A stretch of DNA of 64,000 nucleotides from Octopus bimaculoides (Eukaryota): the NCBI RefSeq assembly GCF_001194135.2, contig NC_069000.1:22269397-22333396 (forward strand), in the 5' to 3' direction. The translations under genes and the position numbers were made by a program. Of the stretch, positions 52,227-63,830 are shown piece after piece. The notes below the pieces were generated by a model that did not search any database, was not told the origin of the DNA, and saw nothing but the letters and a program-made list of their open reading frames with translations. The first letter of the stretch is position 1. Each line of letters begins with the position of its first letter.

Positions 52227-52456
52227 GTGGCGAGCTGGCAGAATCGTTAGCACGCCAGGCGAAATGCTTAGCGGTATTTCGTCTGCCGTTACGTTCTGAG
52301 TTCAAATTCCGCCGAGGTCGATTTTGCCTTTCATCCTTTCGGGGTCGATAAATAAAGTACCAGTTACGCACTGGGGTCGATCCAATCGGCTTAATCTCTT
52401 TGTCGGTCCTTGTTTGTCCCCTCTATGTTTAGCCCCTTGTGGGCAATAAAGAAATA
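52227..52456 (+). mobile_element. Young SINE S2 with a 17-bp target-site duplication
   Basis: agaaactaatgaaacag at 52210-52226 and 52457-52473; CpG-rich near-consensus body. Confidence 0.92.
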
Positions 52457-52642
52457 AGAAACTAATGAAACAGTCTGGTATTTATTCTTCAAGAAGGTAA
52501 AGTGGTAAATGGAAACAACGAGAAGCAGGGGAGGGGGGTGGTGCTGCTGACTATCTATTCCCAAGAAATACAATGAAATGTCTCTGCAGAGATAGGAACA
52601 CTGGAATCATTGACCGACTACAAAATCACCCAATGTCTTCAA

Positions 52643-53094
52643 TCCTTTTGTTGCCATATTTCTATTGAAACACACTGCTTTGTTTCAATTAATTTTTAAA
52701 ATAATAACAAATTTGGAAAAACAAAAATTGTTTGTTATTAAAGCTGAAATTTCAGAGATAAATTAACATGGAATTCTGATAAAAGGATTTAATTTAACAC
52801 TTTAACATTCTGATTATTCTGTCAAATGAAACATTTATTCCTTCACATTGTTTTAAAATTAATCATGGTGTATCTCACAGCTTCAAGATCTTAATGAAAT
52901 GATTGCTTATTTTTAGAGCGACATTGTGAGGTAGGTGTGAGAGCTCAGATATAGCTGGTTTGGACATAAAACACATAGAACATTTGGACCAGGTATTATT
53001 GCCAGTTTAAATGCTAAGGGGGTTAAATCACTTGATACATGCAGTTTGTATGACAGAACTAGAGGTGATCTCAGATAGGTTAATATCAAAGGGG
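52643..53094. mobile_element. MITE family 2 with a family-1 MITE (52798-53022) inserted at an internal TTAA
   Basis: TTAA at 52794-52797 and 53023-53026 flank the inner element; the outer element resumes and ends atcaaagggg-TTAA. Confidence 0.75.
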
Positions 53095-53714
53095 TTAATC
53101 ACTTAACCTACTGAAATCTCAGAGTTAATTGCAGAGAGGTAGAAATTTGTTGTCTGATTAAAGATGTTGATGTTCAGCTCTTGGTTAACCTGGATCAAAC
53201 AAAACTCTGCAACCTGATAACAACACCAATTCCTTCAAAAATACCTGAAATCTTGCAAAAGGTTCCTCATCATTCATATCTGGTAAATAAAGATTGTGTG
53301 ATCAAAAAGTTTGCTTCCCAATCACATGGTTGTGTCTATATGTATCTAAATGTTTGTCACTTCTCCTGTAAGGAATGAAGTAGGATTTATTCCTGACACT
53401 TGACTCATCATTTATAGTCTTATTGGTGAAGGATATATAAGGCAGAGGCAGTGACTCTCTCTAACCAAGCCTCTAGAAATTCATACCACACACAAACACA
53501 CACAAGTATAGATTCAAAGTAAAAAAGAATATTCTTCTCCCAATTCACCTCAGGGTTATTTTCAACTATCTCACATATCTATAAATGGCATGAATTTTCT
53601 GTAAATAAATCACTTATGATGACTCTCTCAAAAGAGATAAAAGAGAAAAATAAATAATTATCTAAAATCTCGACTACTTTCTTTTTTTCTTCATATATAT
53701 ATATATATATATAT

Positions 53715-53920
53715 ATACAAGGAGGGAAGCTGACAATTATTAGAACAATTAGCAAAATGCTTAGTGGCATTTCATCTATCTTCACATTCTGAGGAGGTTG
53801 ACTTTACCTTTCACCCTTTTGGGGTGATAAAATAAGTACCAGTTGAACACTGGAGTTGAAATAATCAACTTATCCCAACCCTGAAACCATTGGCCTTGCG
53901 CCAAAATTTGAAACCAATAT
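53715..53920 (+). mobile_element. SINE S2
   Basis: gggaagctgacaattattagaac head; ggttgactttacctttcacccttttggggtgataaaataagtaccag core. Confidence 0.7.
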
Positions 53921-53934
53921 ATATATATATATAA

Positions 53935-54330
53935 TGCATTTCTGTGTAAGAAGCTTGCTTCCCAATCATATTGCTTCTGGTTCAGTCTTACTGCACGGCA
54001 CCTTGAGCAAATGTTTTCTACTATAGCCTCAGGCCAACCAAAGCCTTGTAAATGGATTTGGTAGACAAAAACTGAAAGAAGCCCATCGTATATATACATA
54101 TATGTATGTATCTATGTGTGTATGTGTCTTCGTTTGTACCCCCACCCATCACTGTTTAACGACTGGTGTTGGTATGTTTACATCCCCATAACTTAGTGGT
54201 TCAGGAAAAGCGACCAACAGAATAAGTACTGGTCTATAAAAAATAGGTCCTGGGGTTGATTTGTTTGACTAAAGGCGGTGCTCTAGCATGGTCGGTCACA
54301 TGACTAAAACAGGTAAAAGGATAAAAGGAT
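53935..54330 (+). mobile_element. SINE S1-a
   Basis: tgtgtaagaagcttgcttccc head through catgactaaaacaggtaaaag tail. Confidence 0.8.
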
Positions 54331-54351
54331 GTGTGTGTATGTGCATGAGTG

Positions 54352-54384
<33 letters not shown>

Positions 54385-54565
54385 ATTTTGTGCTGTGTGA
54401 TATTTCCCTTATCAATTGATGACTGGAGAACACAATGATTTGGGCATCTTCCAGCATTGTAGTTCCTGTTCACAATGCTGAACTTCACTGCAGCCACCAA
54501 GAAATGTCCAGATTCTTTTGGTCCATATTTTAGTATGCTTTTTACCTCCTGTCATCCATGCAGCT

Positions 54566-54611
<46 letters not shown>

Positions 54612-55170
54612 CTCACAAACATCTACACTCTGGTTTAAATATTTCATGGCTTTTGCAGTGACAACATTATTTTCCACTTGTATAGATCCAGCTGTCAAAC
54701 AGTTACAGCTAACAGCTATCTAACAAACAATAAACTTCAAATTGACTATTCAAATTGATTATTAAACTTCCCTCAGGCTTACTTAGATTGAAAACACTGG
54801 CCTGAAAGTGGCAGGTGGACTGTGATGGTGGTGATGGTGGAGATAGTTGTGTTCTACATTGCATCTTATTCAAGTTTATTGCTGGTTGTGCTTGTTGCTA
54901 TGTATGTATATATACAGATGTGTGCATACATGTGTGTGTGTGTGTATGGAATATACACACAAGCATATGTTTGCATATATACACATATATCAATACTCAA
55001 GTATTTAGGTAGGCATATACATAAATGTTTATCAGTATATGTGTGTGTGTATGTATGTGAATACATACACACACACATATATACATATATATATAAATAT
55101 AGATAGAGAGAGAGAAGAGAGGAAGTGAGTACATAGACAAATAATGCATATACAGACACAAATGTATAAC

Positions 55171-55222
<52 letters not shown>

Positions 55223-55634
55223 TTAGGTGGACTTACATGTGTATACAAGCCTATGTATATCTCTGTCTGGTTGTATTAGTTAATTAAACTGTAATGTATG
55301 TATAAAATAGCTTCAGTATTGTTGTACATTCCATTATTGAATCTAGTTATTTATTGTGCCTACAATGGATAGTTTAGACTTGTTTGGAAATATTTATGCT
55401 ATGGAGAGTTAAGTGGATTGTGTCTAGGACAAGCCACAAGATGTAATGTGTTAAAAATACTGGAAAGCTGAAATTTATAGTGGCAGAAGTAAAGGGGAAA
55501 GATGGTGAGTATATTATATAGGATTATGTAAATGCAGAGATAAAAGCAAACCAAACTGCTAAATGTATAAGTTTTTGCATATATTTAACTATGAATATGT
55601 ATGCAAGTGTGTGTGTGTGTGTGTGTGTATGTCT

Positions 55635-55674
<40 letters not shown>

Positions 55675-55734
55675 CAAAGAATATATACACACATATATGT
55701 ACATACTTACATCTACATGTGTATATATATGCAT

Positions 55735-56170
55735 ATCAGGGTACAGGACATTAGAACAATGAACTACAGACAACGGAACGAACACATAGGAAAACAGAAA
55801 GCCACTTGGAATATTCTTTCATCAGCTGTCTCTATTCTAACCTGACGTTTCGAAGATAAGACAGAACATACTCTAGAATAGTCTCTTCCTGAGTAGTGGA
55901 TCAACCCACTACACAGAGGATTCCAAGGTGGCAAACACAAACCAAGACAGGAAAAATTGGACAGTGAAAACAACATTCAAAAGCCGTACGGCCAAACGCG
56001 AATCTGAGGTAGAACGCTAGTAGTTTGTCTTGCCTTCACAGCGGCTGGAGTGAAAAGAAAGCTGACCACAGGTCACACGAGAGCAGAGAGGATGGTGGAG
56101 GGAGGAAGTGGAACAAGGAGGAAGGGACAGAAGGGTATAGCAGTGAAGTAGAGGCCAGGACAGAGGGATA
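55735..56170 (-). mobile_element. Penelope-like terminal-repeat remnant with degenerate hammerhead
   Basis: Minus strand CTCAGGA...stem...CGAAACGTC-AGG at ~55841-55893; overall layout similar to 58610-58860. Confidence 0.4.
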
Positions 56171-56959
56171 GATAGAAAGATAGAGGAAGACAGATAGATA
56201 AATAGATAGAATAATTTGCTGCTAGCAAATTTTTCTGTAAAATATGGATAGTTTATCCTGTTCATGCTATAATATTAGCATCATCCTGTGTTTGAGAATA
56301 AAATTATTTCCTTATCTGTATCTTTCAATACATCTCAATGCTTCTAAAGCAAACTTTGTTTAGTTTCATTGTAATTTGAATTTAACATACATATATACAC
56401 ACACACACACCTGAGTTCTCCTCCTCTCTATCTCCCATTCATCCTTTGCACCTTTTTGAACCTACCTGTACACAGTGTGTCCCTGTCAAATCTCTTCTCT
56501 ACAATATGTCCTCTTAACACCCTCTCCTTCTACTTGTGTCCACTCACCACATTCCCTCCTTTCCCTTCCAGGTCCCACTCTACTTTTGCAATCACACATC
56601 CAATCCTTAGTTCCATTTACATACACTGCTCTGTAACTTGAGTGCACCCCCCCCTCCCAGCAACTGTTACATCTTTGCCATCTTCTCTCCTTCCAACTGG
56701 GGTTGCCATGTATCGCAAAACACCTATTTCAGTCCCTTTATTTATACTCTAACCCAGCAGTTCTCAACCATGGTCCACATAGGATTTTTGTGGGTTCCTG
56801 CTAGCAAACTAGTAAATTGGGGATCTACAGTAGTATTTTAAGAACCGATGTTAGTTTTTGGCAACTGATATCGGTTTTTTACATCCCTGTAACTAAGTGG
56901 TTCAGCAAAAGAATTCAAGCAAGCTTAAAAAAATAGAATATATACTAGGGTCAATTGAT

Positions 56960-57315
56960 GGCACCTGTGCCCAGCGTCGCCTTCCTGGCACTTGTGCCGG
57001 TGGCATGTGTAAAGACATTCAAGTGAGATTGTTGCCAGGGCCCCTGGACTGGCTCCTGTGCAGGTGGCACATAAAATACACCATTTTGAGCGTGGCCATT
57101 GCCAGTACCGCCTGACTGGCCTTCGTGCCGGTGACACGTAAAAGCACCCACAACACTCTCAGAGTGGTTGGCGTTAGGAAGGGCATCCAGCTGTAGAAAC
57201 TCTGCCAGATCAGATTGGAGCCTGGTGTAGCCATCCGGTTCACCAGTCCTCAGTCAAATCGTCCAACCCATGCTAGCATGGAAAGCAGACGTTAAACGAT
57301 GAAGATGATGATGAA
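56960..57315 (+). mobile_element. Young RTE 3' UTR inserted into an S1-a SINE
   Basis: S1-a sequence on the left (gtaactaagtggttcagcaaaag...ctagggtcaattg) resumes on the right (ttgactaacccc...catggccacagtctaatgactgaa). Confidence 0.85.
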
Positions 57316-58609
57316 TTGTTTTGACTAACCCCTTCAAAGTGTTGCCCTAGCATGGCCACAGTCTAATGACTGAAATAAACAAAAGATTTTAAAAATATAT
57401 AAAAGATATTCAACTTTTTCTCACAGAATACATTTTTAATCTAAAATCGAAAGCCATGATGATATATGATTTAGAATGGTCTTATTCTAAACTCTCTGCC
57501 AAAGTGCAACAAGGAAACAGGAAGGATTGTCTGCTGTGTACATGTGAAGTACTGGAAATTAAAAGTGCTGATCCAAGTTCTTAAATTGATCAGAAACATG
57601 AGATTGCTATTAATTGCAAAATTTTACATGCTTTAATTTTTTTTGTCAATTATCTCAAATGCAAAAATTACAAAAAAGAAAAAGAAAAAAAAAATGAGTG
57701 TTGCTATTCACGAAGAGAAAGATAATAAATTAAGCAATAATAAGACAAGAAATAAAAATTTTAAAAATTTTGTCAATATAGGATAATTTGCTTGGGATAT
57801 TTTATATTCTTCCACTTATAATTAATTAATTTCTCAGTTCAATTTTGTATTATTTTAATCTATCATTTTTATGTCTTACTTTAACGTTTTATTTTATTTC
57901 ATCATACTTTAGAATTTTTTCTTAAATTTACTGTATGCATCTTTATACATATCAGAATGAATGAGAGTGTGTGTGTGTATGAGTGCACATGTGCATACAT
58001 ATATATTTTGTTATTAATAATCAACAGGATTTACAAAGTGACTCAAGGGCCAAAAGTTTCATGCATTGGCAATTATCAGTTTGATTAAGTTCTGCTGATC
58101 ATTAATACAAAAAAATACAAAAATATATATATACTCATGTTTTGAGTTCTAATTTTTTGCAAACACACACATTCACATATATATGTTTATTTGCAATCTA
58201 TTTTGCATCTGATAAATATATGCATCCCTTACATTTATCAGTATGCATATGCATACATAAGATAATTTGCATGCGTTAGTCTATATTCTTCTTTCATAAT
58301 TTTTTTTCACAATTCATCTTGAATTTTTTAATCTATCATTTTTTTACATTTAACTTCTTATTTTAAAATTTGCTCTTAAACCTACTGCATGTGTATTCAC
58401 CCGTATCTGAATATATCTGTATATATGTGTGTGTGTGAGCATGTGTCATTACACATGCATGCTTGTAAGTCTGTATGCATGTGTGTATGTATATATGATT
58501 ATTTTTTATCATTTGCATTTATTTGACTATACACTCATATTATCCTGTATTTGTCCATACATGTTTACTCATTTGGGTGTATGTTTGTCTATGTGTGTAT
58601 ACATACATA

Positions 58610-58860
58610 GGGAGAATTCACGAAAAAAAACAACAACAGACGAAGACAGGTGGTGTAGACAACAAACAGATGTATTAGTATAACACTCGGGAAGTGATAA
58701 AGTCTTTAACGTTTCAAGCATACGCTCTTCCACAGAAAGAAACAAGGAGAGAAAATAAAGAATGTGTAGTGGCTAGCAATCTATCATGGCGAATGCTGGA
58801 CAGAGGGGTCACACAGGAGAGCTAGAAAGAAAGGGAGATAATAAAGTGGTGGTGATCCCA
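58610..58860 (-). mobile_element. Penelope-like terminal-repeat remnant with minimal hammerhead-like motif
   Basis: Minus strand tcttt-CTGTGGA-a-gagc-gtat-gctt-GAAA-cg-TT-aaaga at 58703-58740. Confidence 0.5.
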
Positions 58861-59069
58861 AAACGAAGGTGTGCGTGCGTGTGTGTATGTGTAGGTGTGT
58901 GGATGATGGTGTAGGGCTGGGAAGTGGTCAGTGTAGTTGTGTGCATGTATGTATGTGTGNNNNNNNNNNNNNNNNNNNNNNNNNNNNNNNNNNNNNNNNN
59001 NNNNNNNNNNNNNNNNNNNNNNNNNNNNNNNNNNNNNNNNNNNNNNNNNNNNNATATATATATATATAT

Positions 59070-59305
59070 ATATATACATATGTATGTGTGTGTATATGTT
59101 TGTGTGTCTGTGTTTGTCCCCCCAACATCGCTTGACAACCGATGGTGGTGTGTTTACGTCCCCGTATCTTAGCGGTTCGGTAAAAGAGACTGATAGAATA
59201 AGTATTAGGCTTCCAAAGAATAAGTCCTGGGGTCGATTTGCTCGACTAAAGGTGGTGCTCCAGCATGGCCGCAGTCAAATGACTGAAACAAGTAAAAAGA
59301 GTAAA
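59070..59305 (+). mobile_element. SINE S1-a 3' half, near consensus (5' half in gap)
   Basis: gtttgtccccccaacatcgcttgacaaccgatgg...gcagtcaaatgactgaaacaagtaaaaaga with CpGs retained. Confidence 0.85.
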
Positions 59306-59399
59306 TGCACACCATGCAAGCATGGAAAACTAGATGTTAAAGTGATTGAGGATGGCTGGCTAAATCTATGGCTGGAGCAAATATCCTGCCAAATCATTA

Positions 59400-59690
59400 G
59401 TGAAGCAGATAATCATGAAAGGAAACAGGCAGGTTTGGGAGGTTTGGCAGAATTGGGGTAGCAGAAAATTATACTGGGTAACTAGAAGACAAGCTAGGCA
59501 ACAGGTCTATTTAGCGAAGAGAGAAGCAAAAAGAGGTCAGCTAGATAGCAGGATAGGAGAGCGTATTAGAGAGAATCAAAATGTTGTAAGTGATAAGTGT
59601 ATGCTGATGGATAAGAGTACACTTGCACTTTGTGATTTTGAAAAGAAAAAGGCATAGAAGTTCAACTGTCATGGCTTATTATATAGCTGC
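59400..59690 (+). mobile_element. RTE LINE endonuclease-RT linker fragment
   Basis: WQNWGSRKLY...ARQQVYLAKREA...RENQNVVSDKC...LALCDFEKKKA*. Confidence 0.6.
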
Positions 59691-59914
59691 TCAGGGACAA
59701 AGTATTAGAATAAAATTGATGAAAACAATGATAAAATTCAGTCAGAGTGCAGAATAAATATGAAAAGAGATAAAAGTAAGTGCAGTAAGCTAGTATAAAA
59801 TGAGTGTATATGCAAGCATAACTGTGTTGGAAAAAGTGTTAACCAAGCTTGTGGATTGGAAGTGATGGAAAAGTGATATGAATACAAGCCAAAGGCTGTA
59901 AGGTGAATGATAAT

Positions 59915-60265
59915 TACAGGATTCACTATAGAGACTGATCATACTATTGAAACATGGAGACCAGATATGATCAAAGAGTGGGGTAAAAGAACAAACAGTA
60001 TAAGATCATTGATTTTGCAATCCCTTGTTATAATAGAGTGGATATCAAGGAAACTGAGAAACTTGAGAAATATCAGAACTTATCCAGAGATGAAGAGACT
60101 GTGGAAATAATTGGTGCTTTCGGTACAATGCCGACACCATTTCTTAAGAAGCTGAAGGATATCAGAATCGAGATATATACATTGATGGCCTGCTAAAAAG
60201 TGCCACCCTGTGTTCTGCAAGAATCCTAAGGAAGATTCTCGAGATTTGAGGAGACTTGTTGCAAC
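59915..60265 (+). mobile_element. R4/Dong-clade non-LTR element 3' end, restriction-like endonuclease domain, decayed
   Basis: Across frameshifts: FTIETDHTIETWRPD / IIDFAIP..NRVDIKETEKLEKYQNL / EMKRLWK / IIGAFGT / LLKSATLCSARILRKILEI*. Confidence 0.75.
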
Positions 60266-60277
60266 AAAACCTCAAAA

Positions 60278-60685
60278 TGTCATCATCAACATTTAACCTC
60301 TGTTTTCCATGCTGGCATGGGTTGGACAGTTTGATTGGAGCTGATAAAGCCAGGGGCTGCATGCTCCATTGTCTGTTCTGGATTTGGTTTCTATGGCTGG
60401 ATGCCCTTCCTAATGCCAACTACCCCACAGAGTATACTGTGTGCTTTTTATATGACTTTTAATGTAGCACCAGTGCTTTTTATGTGGCACTAGCAGTGGT
60501 ATCAATTCTGCTATGGTGGGAGGGTCCTCATTAGCACAGCTGTGCACCAGATATCTTGGTTAAGTGTCTTGAGATCAGCCTTCAATACTTCATCCCATGT
60601 CTTTGTGAGTCTCCCTCTTCGATAAGCTCCATCCACTTTAAGTGATCGGCACTTTTGTATGCAACTGTCTACATCCATGTGCACA
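60278..60685 (-). mobile_element. RTE LINE 3' end, decayed
   Basis: Homologous to 43745-44330 (ccatccactttaagtgat...tatgcaactg), with a (CAT)n-like tail. Confidence 0.75.
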
Positions 60686-60974
60686 AACCTCTGCTAATTA
60701 AAGTAACATGTAATAGATTTTGGAATAGACTATGATGATGATTGCCATCATGTATATTCTGAGCCACAAGTCCTCAGAACATAAATGAACATAAAAGTAA
60801 ATACCGTACATCTCCAATACAATAGCAACCAGTTCTGCCATTTACTGCCATTGCTTAATAACAAATGACTAGTTTGTCTTGCCTTATTGACTTGGTATAG
60901 CAAAGATCCAAAGCAAATATAAGTGGGCTTCTTGTTAGCATTAGTGTGAATTACATGATAGTAGTCTATTTATG

Positions 60975-61260
60975 TACAGTGTGATATCACAATGTAGTAT
61001 CAGTGAAGTGCAATGTGATATCAGTGTAGCAGCATCAGTGAAGTAGTGTGATTTCACACTGTATGGTCTCAGTAAAGTACAGATATGTCACAGTGTAACT
61101 GTAGCAAAGTACAGTGTAATACCAGTAAAAAGTACAATGTGATATCAGTGTAGTCTCAGTGAAATATAGTGTAATATTAAAGTGGAAGTATCAGTAAAGT
61201 ACAGTATAATATCATAGCATGAAGTCAGAGTGAAGTATTATGTGATATCACAATGTATTC
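60975..61260. repeat. Degenerate ~33-36-bp minisatellite
   Basis: About eight diverged units like acagtgtgatatcacaatgtagtatcagtgaagt. Confidence 0.7.
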
Positions 61261-61809
61261 TCTGATTTTAACAGGAGCGCTTGCCAAAGATATCCATTAC
61301 AAATATAAATGAATATAATTGAAAGATTATAAGCATTTTCTTCTCAACAACAACACTGCCACCACCATTATCAGTATAGTCATCTCGGTTCCCACCACTA
61401 TCATTGCCAATATGACGAGTACCTCTGCACGGTTACCAACCCCAACATCATTATTACCATGACTGCTACTGCTATGACTAAGCGGACCCTACCACTACAA
61501 TGGTGACAACAATGACAATCACCACTAACATACAACTGCCAGTTTCTTCCAGAGAGCTTCCTAGCTACGAACTGCAGAGGTAAGTGTTGCCTGGTCATTG
61601 TGGTCAGTTGCAGAGACTTTGTGGAGAAATCAATAGCAAATAATGAAATCCTCCACTCCCATCTAGTCATGTCACCACACATCCCTTCAAACCCAATCTA
61701 TTTCCTTGGACAATTAAGGAGTCTTCAACCTTTTAATCTAGAAATAAAAGCAAGAGAATTTTACTTGAAAGGGATTTATTCCTTGACACATCAAACAAGT
61801 TAGTTTTAT

Positions 61810-61897
61810 GCAGATAGATAGATAGACAGAGAGAGAGACAGACAGATAGACAGGCAAAGAGAGAGATAGAGAGAGAGAGAGAAAGAGACAAACAGAC

Positions 61898-61929
<32 letters not shown>

Positions 61930-62010
61930 GCAAAGATAGATAGATAGCGAGAGAGAAAGAGATCAATAGGCATACAGATAAACAGAGAGAGTAGTAGGTA
62001 TATAGACAAA
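61810..62010. repeat. (GATA)n/(GACA)n/(GA)n compound microsatellite, one of dozens of simple repeats in the window
   Basis: Direct inspection; (TA)n, (TG)n, (GA)n, (CAT)n, (CTA)n and (CCAA)n tracts occur throughout and flank many of the N gaps. Confidence 0.9.
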
Positions 62011-62594
62011 TAGATAGGAAAATAAAGATACATAAGGAATGGGTACTTTGACTGATCAATAATTGATGAACCGAGTGATAGATTAATAAACTGAAGGAGA
62101 GACAGACTCAGAGATAAATAGATTGAGAGTTTGGTAGATTGATAGCTACATAAGCAGATAGGTAATTGATGGATTGATAGAGAAGGCAGAGTTAGCTGGA
62201 CTGATGGTGAGATTAATATACTGATGGATAGAGGGACTAATAAGTAGACAAGACAGAGAGACATACAGAAAGACTGATAAAATAATAGCGAAACAAATTG
62301 ATTGGGATAACAGATGGGTAAACAGACATAGATTGATAAATGAAATGGGGGGGAGAGAGAGAGAGAGAGAGAGCTAGTTGGACAGATAGATGGCTATTGC
62401 ATTACTCTTCATTCTCTCTCGGTCTTCCCCTACCCCTCCCCCGTTTTTTTCTCCTTTCTCTCAAATGGTATTTTGGAATCCTAACTACTGCAACCAACAG
62501 GGCATGTTGCTAGTGATGACGATGACAATGGTGATGGTGGTGGTGGTGGTTGTTGTTGGATGTAATGATCATAGATTATGATGCTGATGATGAT

Positions 62595-62625
<31 letters not shown>

Positions 62626-63209
62626 AGTGATGCTGATGGTGATGATGATGTTATGAATTGGTAGAAAGGCAGAGAGTCATACAGATATGTAGGTGGATGG
62701 ATGGATGGATAGAGGTAACAGGTGACTCAGGAAATGATTACCAAGTGGATATGAAATGCGTCTTGCACAGTTTGTGAACAATCTGTATGAACCACATTAA
62801 GAACACACCGGAATTGCCTTCCTGACCATATTTTTCTAACAGATGTCAACGCTGAATACAGATCCTAACAAGCTCACCGGTTTGGGATCTGCAGAGGTCA
62901 CGGCTACTGCCTCCCCCCAACCCCACCCTTTTCCAGACTAAGCATAAAAAAAATATTGCAAAGTTGTTTGACAGGATGCAACAACTTACTTCTGCTGGTG
63001 GACATCAGAGAGATCAGGTGATGGAATATTTAGTGGTCATCAAATATTATATTTTAATTTTGCGTCAGTTAATATTTCAGGAGAGATGGTGCCTTTCATT
63101 TGGGAACCCAGCCAGAATATTTGCTGACAGTTGCTTCACAGAGGACCCTGTAGAAGGCATGTATGTCTGAGGTCACTAACCAAACAACCCTTACAGATAT
63201 AGTGCTCTA

Positions 63210-63283
<74 letters not shown>

Positions 63284-63589
63284 AAGCAAAACCCTTAGTA
63301 AAAGGTCTTTGGGCTTAAACTTAGTACAGAAACAGCAGCCATGAAGTTAACACACCAACACCAGTTGTCAAGAGGTGGTGGGGCAACAACCACAGGCCAT
63401 AGGTGTCATGCAGTGGCACTGAACCTGGAATCATGTGTTTGGGAAGTAAGCTTCTTACCACACAGCCATGATGCCTACGCCTATGTTGCGAAGCATTTTT
63501 TTTTTCTTTTGTTTATTTCTATTTCACACCAGAATGTAGTTAAATATAAAGTAGATGTCAAACTGCCTTTCCAACTGAGCAACAACATA

Positions 63590-63830
63590 CAATATGATTT
63601 TTGTTATTGATTAACCTCAGGTCAACCCTGATTGAACAGATATATGTTAAAAGGCATTCCAGCTGTGACCATCCCATCTGTTTTGTATATTATGGATTAC
63701 ATTACCTAAAATAACCTTTTATTTTTTCCTTTTACAACACAGTAGGATGTAATTTAAGGGAGATTTGGTTGCTTTTTCTAGCAAGTTGAGTGATCACATG
63801 GAGAACACCTCATTGGTTCCCATACAATAT
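63590..63830 (+). mobile_element. Old unclassified dispersed repeat
   Basis: aaaggcattccagctgtgaccatcc...gggagatttggttgctttttctagcaagttgagtgatcac; related pieces near 10470-10590, 12440-12530, 18350-18525, 35180-35320 and 44440-44680. Confidence 0.6.

Noticed and set aside
52227-52320. tRNA genes at SINE heads
   Set aside because: Only A/B-box-like motifs; no complete cloverleaf, and each runs into a SINE body.
56757-56850. hAT-like MITE (cagcagttctcaa...ttaagaaccgatg; related pieces near 11285 and 49850)
   Set aside because: Termini too degenerate and no 8-bp TSD visible, so not listed as a feature.
60975-61260. CRISPR-like periodicity (also the RTE 3' UTR repeats)
   Set aside because: No constant repeat with unique spacers, no cas genes, and a eukaryotic context.
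62830-62940. Exon after a strong acceptor (ttttctaacag|ATGTCAACG)
   Set aside because: No good donor, a short frame ending in a stop, and no recognisable product.
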